The position numbers and the translations under genes were made by a program. A stretch of 64,000 bases of DNA, from NCBI GenBank assembly GCA_009914755.4, contig CP068257.2, forward strand, positions 42,464,001 to 42,528,000, written 5' to 3'. Positions 54,734 to 64,000 of this stretch are shown here, one piece after another; positions within the stretch are counted from its first letter, which is position 1; every line of letters begins with the position of its first letter. The notes under the pieces are model-generated. The model saw nothing but the letters and a program-made list of their open reading frames with translations, did not search any database and had not been told where the DNA came from. Source of the stretch: the human T2T-CHM13v2.0 reference genome, Homo sapiens.

Positions 54734-55162
54734 TGAGGGGGACTCAACCTTGGGCTTCCATGTGCAACCCTGCCGAGTCCAACGGAGCAGGAACCCAGAG
54801 TCAGGTCAGAGAGAATCCCACCCCGATGTCTGAGCTCCAGGAGCAGATCAGACCTCAGTCCTCGACGCCTTCAGCAGGATGCCCCGGCCCTGCCGCACCC
54901 TCCTGGTGATTTTCCAGCCACGGACCCCCTCACTTCTCGGCTGTGAACCCCCCTTGTCCTGCTGCACCCAACATAGAGCCCGTCTCTCCCTCACTGCGGG
55001 AGTCCATAATGAAGTCTTCCTTGCCATTACGATAAGCACCAGGATAATTTTTCCTTAACAGGTTCTCTCTAGACTGGATCAGGGACAGTCTTGGCTGTAA
55101 ATTGTGAATTAGCTGTGACTCTGCCACCCACGGTTGCCCGCCAGAGTTCTTTCTAAATGTTC

Positions 55163-55258
55163 TATCTGAGCCTGGCCGTTGCTGCTGGCTCTGGAGGTGC
55201 CAGAGTTTCTGAACGTTAATCTGAGCCTGGCCGTTGCTGCTGGCTCTGGAGGTGCAGT
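55163..55258 (+). repeat. Tandem duplication of about 48 bp (2 copies: atctgagcctggccgttgctgctggctctggaggtgc)
   Basis: Direct repeat read from the sequence. Confidence 0.7.
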
Positions 55259-56034
55259 CACACCACCCTGGCTGACACGCCTCGGCCTGACCTGCAGTCT
55301 CACCCCACAGAAGGATCTGGGGTGAACGTCTGGCTCCAGGCACTGTTGCAGGGCTGTTGGGTCCTGTGTCTGAGCCCACAAAGGCTTCCTGGGAGCGGCA
55401 TCGCCAGCCCTGTGGACCCTGCTCCCTATGGGCTTCTGGGTATAGATCAGGTGCCCAGCATGCGCCCCCAGACAGGAGCTCCCCTCTGCCCTGCCTCTGG
55501 GACCCACTTTCACCCAAGTCCTGTGGGACTGGCATAGCCTAGGGCCCGGGTGCTGGCAGCATCTGGCTGGAGCCTGGGGCGGGGCAGGGCAGGGCCTTCC
55601 AGGCGCGTTCCCGAGCGTGCACTGAAGGTGTTAGCGCGTGGCACCGGAGACACCAGGCTGGATGAGGCTGGACAAGCGCCTCCGCCAGAAGCAGCACAGG
55701 CCTGACACAGGCAAACCTCCCGGAGACCACCCCACGGACCCCAGCCCCTGCTGACCCTCCCAGGAGGCGTTGCTGGAAATCCACCCTGAGAATTCTGCTC
55801 CAGGAGCTGAACCAGCGGTATCAGCATCTTAAAGCGCTGACCTACCTCTCGGCTGTGTGATATCTAGGGGTCCGTCCCAGACCAGCATCCCCAGGGCTGA
55901 CGGGTCTGCAGGGCACAGAGATGTGGGACCTGCTGTGTCTCTGCCCCACAGTGGCCATGCCGGGACACAGAGCTGCTGCTTGGGGAAGGGACAGATTCAG
56001 ACACAGTAGTGGGTTAACCTGAGGCCCTCTCAAA

Positions 56035-56341
56035 AGACATGTCCACCTAGAACCTCGGGAAGGGACACGTCCGCCTGGAACCTCGGGAAGGGACGCGTCC
56101 GCCTGGAACCTCGGGAAGCGACGCGTCCGCCTGGAACCTCGGGAAGGGACACGTCCGCCTGGAACCTCGGGAAGGGACGCGTCCGCCTGGAACCTCGGGA
56201 AGGGACGCGTCCGCCTGGAACCTCGGGAAGGGACGCGTCCGCCTGGAACCTCGGGAAGGGATGCGTCCGCCTGGAACCTCGGGAAGGGACGCGTCCGCCT
56301 GGAACCTCGGGAAGGGACGCGTCCACCTGGAACCTCGGGAA
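56035..56341 (+). repeat. 28-bp minisatellite (GTCCGCCTGGAACCTCGGGAAGGGACGC, about 11 copies)
   Basis: Strict 28-bp period. It underlies the ORFs 56030-56803 and 56047-56376 on the minus strand. Confidence 0.9.
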
Positions 56342-57351
56342 GGCCTTTGCAGATGTGATCGAGTTAAGGATCTCAAGATTCAAGATAAGGTCACCCCAGG
56401 TTGCCTGCGTGGGCCCTGAGTCCAGTGGCGTGTCCTGGAGGGAGACCAGCAGAGGTGGAGGGCACGTCCATGGGCTGAGAAGGGCAGGACTGTGACAGGA
56501 GGGAGGTGCAGGGCGGATCCCCAGAGCCACTGCCTCCCCACGCTTGACCTCAGGCTCCTGGCCCCAGAACCATGAGGGAATAAACTGTCCTTTTAAGCCC
56601 TCTGCTGTGTGATGATTGGCAGTGCCAGCAATGGGAGCTGATACAGACCCTGATCGGGGACCCAGACACCTGGCAGCTTGGGCTGGGCCCCTTCGAGTTA
56701 AAGCTGGCCTTGCTGCTACCTGTCCCTCGCTGAGTCCTCGCTGCGCACTGTGGCTGCACCTGGCAAGCACAGGGAGCCCCTGGGGTCCTGTGGGTGCAGA
56801 CATGGGTCCCTCGGTCTGGGTGGCTGAGATGGAGCCCCTCCCCAGCTCCGGGGAGCACTGGGCCGGGGACCACCCATGAGTGGTGAGTATCTCTCCCGCT
56901 GCACCTTGAGGTCACCCAGGAACCTTCAGAAGTGCTGATGCGGGGACCCCGCTCCCCACTGTCCAGGGTGGACTGGCTAGGCGGTGGCCTGGGCATCGGG
57001 ACACATTACAGCTCTCCAGGGAGCGCGGTGTGCAGCCAGGATGGAACCCGTGGTCCTGGTGCTGAGGATGGCGGGTGCCTGCCTCCATCTCCGTGGGCCA
57101 GCCTTCGGGGCCCCGTTTCCTGGAGCAGCGAGGGCTTCACGTGGCTGTTGAGCTGCAGAAGGAGGGGCCCTCCCAGCACCCCATTCAGAGCCAGCGGAGG
57201 AATCTGAAGGCATGGGGAGGGCGGGGTGGAGCCGAGGTTGCAGAGAGGCTGGACCCTGAAGCCTCAGGAGTTCAACTGGCACGGGGTGCGGGGAGTGGCA
57301 GCCGGGAAGCCGGCCTGGGGCTTTCTCCTCTCGGCCTCCTTTGCTGGCGTC

Positions 57352-57630
57352 TCAGGTGGAGGGGCCTGTGTGGCAGGCGGGTGGCATGAGGGTGAGGGGC
57401 CTGTGTGGCAGGCGGGTGGCCTGAGGGTGAGGGGCCTGTGTAGCAGGCGGGTGGCCTGAGGGTGAGGGGCCTGTGTGGCAGGCGGGTGGCCTGAGGGTGA
57501 GGGGCCTGTGTAGCAGGCGGGTGGCCTGAGGGTGAGGGGCCTGTGTGGCAGGCGGGTGGCTTGAGGGTGAGGGGCCTGTGGGGCGGGCGGGTGGCCTGAG
57601 GGTGAGGGGCCTGTGGGGCGGGCGGTGGCT
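57352..57630 (+). repeat. 35-bp G-rich minisatellite (GGTGAGGGGCCTGTGTGGCAGGCGGGTGGCCTGAG, about 8 copies), followed by a 24-bp repeat (CAGGCAGTGACAGGCAGATGGCTGCC, 3 copies) at 57676-57765
   Basis: 35-bp period verified at 57361, 57396, 57431 and 57466. Confidence 0.88.
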
Positions 57631-59842
57631 GCAGCGTGGAGATTGTTGTCAGCACAGAATTGTGGCACCAGTTGTTGAGACGCAGTGACAGGCAGATGAC
57701 TGGCCAGGCAGTGACAGGCAGATGGCTGCCCAGGCAGTGACAGGCAGATGGCTGCCCAGGCCGCGGCCTTGTCTGCACCTGCCTGAGCATGCAGAGAGGC
57801 CCCCACACTGGTCACCCAGGGTCCGGGTGTGCCCACAGATGCTGCCCCCGCGCTGTGGGCAGCCCTGGCCCAGGCAGGTTCTCTGGAGCTGCTCCCGCCC
57901 AGTGCAGGCCGTGTGCAGGACCTTTGTTTATCCCCCTGGATGTTGAACTTGGCCAGCTTACGGCACTGAAACAAAGGCCCTGACTGCTGCCTGAACCCGC
58001 CCCGGGCTCACTTCCATGCCCAGGCCTGCGGGAGGGGCTGGGGTGTGCAGGAGAGTTGGGCGTTGGGAGGCCACCCCACCGCGTGCCTGCAGTGCCCTCT
58101 TCTCGGCCCCAGTCCCCAGCATATCCATGGGGTGCCTTCCAGTGTGGGTTTCGGGAACCTCCACATTCCAGCCTGGAGTCCTGGCCATGGGGAAGGGACG
58201 CCCACTGTGCTCATCCCGTGCGGCCGCCTCGTGCCCATCAGAGGCTGCACCAAACCCCGTGCGCCCTCTGGGCGATCAGAGCCGGAGGCCTCAAGTGGCC
58301 CAGCCCTGCTGGCTGCTGCGGGACCTCAGCTGCTGTGGGGCAGGCGTCTATGGGTTCCCAGGGCCCTCCCCTCCCCACAGGGGTGTGAGGAGGTGCAAAG
58401 GGGATGCCTCCTGGCCTGACCCCACGGCCAGACCAGTCCTGTGTGTCCTGAGTGAGGACGCCTATCCCTGAGCCCCAGAAACGCACCAGGAGGCAGGTGT
58501 GAGACGGCTGTGTCCCCAGCTCCTGCTGCAGTTGGCCCACAGCGGGCCCCTACGAGGCTGGGCGGTGAGGGGACGGCTCGGACCGCCCGCGCCCCAGGAC
58601 CCCTGTGTCGGCCTCATCCTGCGCCTCAGCCCCAAACCCTGCAGCTCCCGGGACCCTGGCACCCGGTCACCCTCCACAGCGCCACGGGGCTCCTCTGACC
58701 CCACCCTTGTTGCCAGCCCAGCCGGAGTCTGACTTCTCCGTGGTGCCGCCCCCACCCCCGGGAATGACATGCCGGGGCGGTGGAGCCAGGCCCTGGGCCC
58801 GGGGGCAGGACAGGCAGGGACCATGAGCAGCTCCACAGAAACCCTTCCCCAGGGCTTCAGGGGCCAGGCGGGACCCCCACTTCCGGGAGGAGACCCCAGT
58901 GCCCCTCACGCTCAGGGGTGCGGTGGGTGGAGAGATTCGGAGGGGAGAGCTGGGGGCTCCGGAGGAGGGGCTGTGGGTGGGACCCCGTCCCCCTCTGGCT
59001 GCAGCAGGCAGTGAAGCTGCATCAGGGGCTCCACCCTGCTGACCACAGTCCTGGGGCACCCAGTGGAGGCCGGAGACACCAGCAGGTTCTCCTGGTCACA
59101 TGGCCCCACCTGCCCTGTCCCCCAGAGCCCCCCAGGCTTGGGATGAGTTGCGAGGGGTCGGATGGACGGCGCAGGACACACGACACAGAGTAGTTGTGGC
59201 GGTTGCCCCTAGGGAGACGTGGAGAGAGGCCCCAGGGCACCCTGGAAGCGGAGGCTGTGGCTCCGTGTGTCCCAGGGCACAGCACCGCCCCTCACAGCCG
59301 AAGCTCTGATCCCTTGGTCTCAGGAAACACTCAGGAAGTGCAGGGCGGGCGTGGGTCTGATTTCAGGGTGAGGGAGCTGGCAGCCCCAGGAGTGAGGAGG
59401 CCCCAGTCCCCTTTCACCAAGCCCGTCCTCCCCTTCCCGCTGCCACGACACTGGTGCCTGCAGCCGTGCCAGCTAGGAGGGCGACGTGGACAGGATTTCT
59501 CTCTAGAAAGGATCCTGGGGTCCGATTGAGAAGCTGGCTTGAACGTTAGACGCTGTAGCTCAGAGCACTGGGTATGCACCCAGAAGGAGAAGTGCTCATC
59601 ACATGGTAATTCTTTTGTTTTGTTTTTTTAAGAAAAAGGTCTCACTCTTTGCCCAAAGCAACTTTCTTATTTATCTTTGCATCCTAAGAGTCTAAAACAA
59701 TGACTGGCATGAAGTATACAAACTATACATCGCCTAGTAAGTGGATAAAACGATTAATTAATTTGCCCAACATTCAAAACGTGATGGGGTGGGATTCACA
59801 GCCATGACTTCTCATTGCAACGCTCAAGCTCCTTGTGCTGCT

Positions 59843-60190
59843 CCACGCCGCCTTTCGGTACACGAGAAGCTGAGGATCCACGCCGCCTTTCCGTACATGA
59901 GAAACTGTAGGATCCACGCCACCTTTCAGTAGAGAAGCTGTAGGATCCACACCGCCTTTCCGTACACAAGAAGCTGTAGGATCCACGCCGCCTTTCCGTA
60001 CACGAGAAGCTGTAGGATCCACGCCACCTTTCAGTAGAGAAGCTGTAGGATCCACGCCGCCTTTCCGTACACGAGAAGCTGTAGGATCCACGCCACCTTT
60101 CAGTAGAGAAGCTGTAGGATCCACACCGCTTTTCAGTACACGAGAAACTGTAGGATCCACGCCACCTTTCAGTACACGAGAAACTGCAGG
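59843..60190 (+). repeat. Minisatellite of about 33-36 bp (CCACGCCGCCTTTCCGTACACGAGAAGCTGTAGGAT and a shorter variant, about 10 copies)
   Basis: Direct periodicity. It underlies the minus-strand ORFs 59774-60223 and 59796-60233. Confidence 0.88.
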
Positions 60191-60501
60191 ACAAATGACC
60201 GTATGCCCAGGTTCCAATGGCAAAACGCCACACCTCTTATGATACTATCTTTGTGCACATAAAATGTTCATTTTTGTCTAATAAATAAGTGACTTGTAAT
60301 TAGTAAGTGATTGCTCAATGACTTAAAACCTACAATATCTCTAATTTCTTCTAATGGAAACTTCTGAGGCCATTTAGGGACATCCACAGATAGCGAACAG
60401 CGACATTGGAAAGAGGACATTGAGTGTGGGGAAGTCTGCACAGTTCCACCTGTTGGATTGTTTGATGTGTGGTGGTGCAGACATGGACACGATCCATCTT
60501 G

Positions 60502-60806
<305 letters not shown>

Positions 60807-61349
60807 CAACACTATCCATTCTAAAGAGGGTTCATGCTCTTCGACCCCAACAAAGAACGGTTTCCTTTGCGGTCGTGGATGGGTAAGAAATCAGCCTTGA
60901 CCACCTAAGGGCGTAGCAGGGCTTCTGCATTAGGTGACAATTTTAATAATCCTCTGTTTTCCGTTCACACTTAGGAGTCTGTTTCTGCCCTGGGACGAGG
61001 ACCCAGAGGCCACTTTGACGTTATAGAGCAGGCTGTGTCCTCCGTCATCCTGCTGTAGGGAGTGTTGTCAGCTTTCCCACCACCACTGGCATCTGGAAAG
61101 CTTGGTCTGTTTGTAGTGACAGGTCCGATTGCAGGGAACCAGGAGCGTGTCTGATGCATGAGGGCAGAGTTTCTACCCAGTTACCTGCAGTGTGGAGACG
61201 AGAGACGCGATCTAACCCTGCAAACACTTTTGAAAAAAAACTAGTGTATAAAAAGGAATTAGGGAATCAAACCTTTCTTAAGGGGCACAGAATAAGACAG
61301 TATACACCAGTGTGACCGAAGTTTTTATTTCTGCTGAAGAATTCAGCTA

Positions 61350-61598
61350 AAGTGCAGCTGCATGATCATAGCTCACGGGAACCTGGGTCTCCTGGGCTCA
61401 AGCAAGCCTCCCAGCCCAGCCTCCCACGTAGCTGGGACTACCGGTGGCCATCACCATGGCTGGTTAAGTTTTCATTTTTTTGTAGAGACAGAATTTTGCC
61501 ATTTTGCCCCGGCTGGTTGCGAACTCCTGGCTTCAAGTGATCCTCCTGCCTCGGCCCCCAAAGTGCTGGGATTACAGGTGCCAGCCACCGCCCCTGGC
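61350..61598 (-). mobile_element. Alu (antisense, truncated) inserted next to or into an L1 fragment
   Basis: agtgcagctgcatgatcatagctcac...gcctcccacgtagctgggactac ... gccagccaccgcccctggcc. Confidence 0.75.
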
Positions 61599-61599
61599 C

Positions 61600-61860
61600 T
61601 GGCAGTTCTATTTGAATTGTTTTAGGGACTGCCATCCTGCTTCCCACGGTGGCAGCACTGTTTTACACTCCTGCCAGCAGCACCCAAGGGGTCTGGTTCT
61701 CCACATCCTTGCCCGCACTTGTGATTTTCTGTGTTTTGATAATAGCCATCCCGATGTGTGCGTGTTGTGAAAACTGTGATGTACGTAGAAAAGTGTAAAG
61801 AATAAGAGTGTGGACGCCCAGCCCGTCCCCTCAGGAAACGCTTGAAAGGCACCCAACCTC
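61600..61860 (-). mobile_element. L1 ORF2-region fragment (minus orientation)
   Basis: The minus-strand ORF 61622-61852 has an L1 ORF2p-like peptide (...HKCGQGCGEPDPL... compared with ...NRCWRGCGEIGTL...). The plus strand reads as L1 antisense (ggcagttctatt...cccacggtggcagcactgttttacactcctgccagcag...gataatagccatcc). Confidence 0.55.
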
Positions 61861-64000
61861 TTTCAGGATCCGTGTTCCATTCGCATTATTTTTTCATGCG
61901 CCATTTTTGAACACAAGTTGCAGACATTTGAACACTGGCCCTAAAAACATCAATCAGCAAACTTCTGGGAATGAGGACACTCCCCGCGTCGCCGCCATCA
62001 CAACAAGGCCTTCGGAAAACTCCACACAGCATCTAGCCTCCCACTCGCGCTCGGATGTCCCAGGTGCCCTCACTCGGTGCCACGCCTTGCCTTTCTGGAA
62101 TCGTGCCCCAGCTTGTTAGAGTGGCACTGACTCTGCTGGGAGGATGTCCTGCCACCGGGGTTTGTCTTTTATAACAACTTGTCCCTCCTTCCCCTCCCTG
62201 GGTTTGTGATAACCTGGAGGTTAAACCTTAGAGCAGCCGCTCTTCACCTGGGGACTTTGCCCCAGGAGGCGTTGGCCAACTCTCTTGTGCCTGGAGGAGG
62301 AAGGCAGATTGTGCCTGGAGGGGAGAGGCTACGGGACGGAGCGGAGCGGGTTAGGTGCTCTGCCCAGTTCTCCTGCTTCTGCACGTCTCTGCCGCCTCTG
62401 CCTCCCTGCTCATTGCCCTCTCTGTTCCCGGCCTCTCCTCTCACCCTCAGAGTAAATGTCACATCCCAGAGGGCCACTGGTGCTCAGGCCACCTCTCACC
62501 CTCCCAGCCTGCTGTAACCTGGACCCCCAGTTTCCCCCATCTGCCCTGCCCAGGCCCCTCAGCTCCACACCCAGGACCCCAGGCCTGACACTCTTGGGTG
62601 TGGCTGCACGCCTAAGGGCAGAGGGCTTGGGTAGGGGGTAAGCGGGGGCTGTGGCCCTGCTGCCCCCGCTGCCTCAGTGGGAGAGGCCCTGTGGGCAGCC
62701 TGAGAGCCGAGGCCTCAGTGGTATTTCCTGGGAGGGCAGCCCCCAACCTCCTGCACCCACAGAGGGGCTGGAGCAGGACACAGGGTCGCTGGCCCCGTCC
62801 TCGGGAGCACCACAGGGCACAGGCCTGGCCTGGCCCGGCCGTAGCCCAGAGCTGACCTTTCCTTGTTGACTTGTGGTCCGGGACTTTCCAGGACAGGCTT
62901 CTTGCCACAGAGAAGGCTCCCGGGGAAACCCCAGGAGTGTGAAAGTGGAGCAGCCCAGGTCCCTGCCCTAGAAGAGCCACCAGGAGCCAGGACACCCCCT
63001 CCCGGGGACCCCTCCCACCCTCCAGCCCCAGCTTGACCCCAGACCTCTGCCCTCAGCCCCCTGGCTGTGTCTGAGCACCTCTGCCCCAGGGTCTTTGCAC
63101 GGACCGTTCTGCCTGGAAAGTTCTTCCCGAGATCTGCTGAGGCGGCTCCTCCTCGGCCGCACGCTCCCTGAGGCTTCTCACCCGCGCACACACGGGCACC
63201 GCCTGCCTCCCGGTCTCCTCTCCCCAGAACCTTAGCTCCAGGGTGCAGGGACTCGCCCACGTGGTTCCAGCCCAGGGCCTGGCCCGAGCAGGTGCTCCCT
63301 CTGTGCTTGTTGAATGAAAGCGAAGTGACCAACAGCACAGACTTCTTCCGAGGAAGAGAGAGAGCAGAGAGCAAAGCAGAGGCCTGAGGGACCCTGTGAC
63401 CCCCAAGCCCACCTGGCTGGTTCCCTGCAGACAGCCCTGGCTCCTGCACTGCTGCCTCTCCCCGCCAGGGACCAGGCCCCCACCAGCCAGGAGCCCGGGA
63501 CACGTCCATGTTCTGGGACTTGACCTTCGTCTCCCCACAGCCTGCATTTCCACCCTGCCTGGCCGCAGCTCTGGTTGGTGGGAAGGGGCTCCAGGCGGCC
63601 CCGCTCTGCTCCGGTACGTGCAGACATCTGGTGTGCAGTGACCTTCATCCCAAGCAAGGCCTAGAAAGGGGGAAATCGAGGCAGCATAGAGAGCCGGCCC
63701 AGGGCAGCCTTCTGGGCTGGAGCATGGGGGTATGAGGGGGCTGCCGGTGTGGTGTGGGTGGCCCGTCCCCTGGTGATGAGTGTGTGGGATGGCGCTCAGC
63801 CTCTGCCTCTGCGGCCTGCTCAGTGGGCCCTCCCACTCCCTGGAGACGTCTCTGTGTGCTTGTGTTACCAGAAAGGAGTCCTGATCCAGACACCAAGAGA
63901 GGGTTCTTGGACCTCACACAGGAAGGAGTTCAGGGTGAGTCCAGAGAGTCAAGTGAGAAGTTTATTAATAGAGTAAAGGAATAAAGAATGGCTACTCCAG

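Overview
This window is human genomic DNA from chr21q22.3, not a prokaryotic locus. It holds two protein-coding genes on the + strand arranged head-to-tail. PWP2 (periodic tryptophan protein 2 / UTP1, a WD40 ribosome-biogenesis factor) is present as coding exons 2-21; exon 1 (MKFAYR, 18 nt) lies upstream of the window. GATD3A (C21orf33 / ES1 homolog, mitochondrial) follows with all 7 coding exons. The summed exon lengths reproduce the known proteins exactly: 2742 nt plus 18 nt gives 919 aa plus stop for PWP2, and 807 nt gives 268 aa plus stop for GATD3A. Every junction falls on a canonical GT-AG site in frame, with one exception: the last GATD3A intron is a U12-type AT-AC intron. The rest of the window is interspersed repeats and tandem arrays. 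There is a Tigger1 DNA-transposon fossil carrying two nested Alu insertions, about 20 Alu copies, a MER1-like element, and minus-strand L1 fragments including a ~5.5 kb composite L1 block. The 27 kb downstream of GATD3A is GC-rich and holds at least eight minisatellite/VNTR arrays. Essentially all long ORFs in the supplied track outside the two genes are artifacts of stop-free tandem repeats, GC-rich sequence or transposon remnants. I found no CRISPR arrays, no tRNA or rRNA genes, and no novel coding system. The items worth a second look are the U12 intron, a ~630 bp inverted repeat pair, the VNTR cluster, and a VNTR that abuts a GATD3A splice acceptor.
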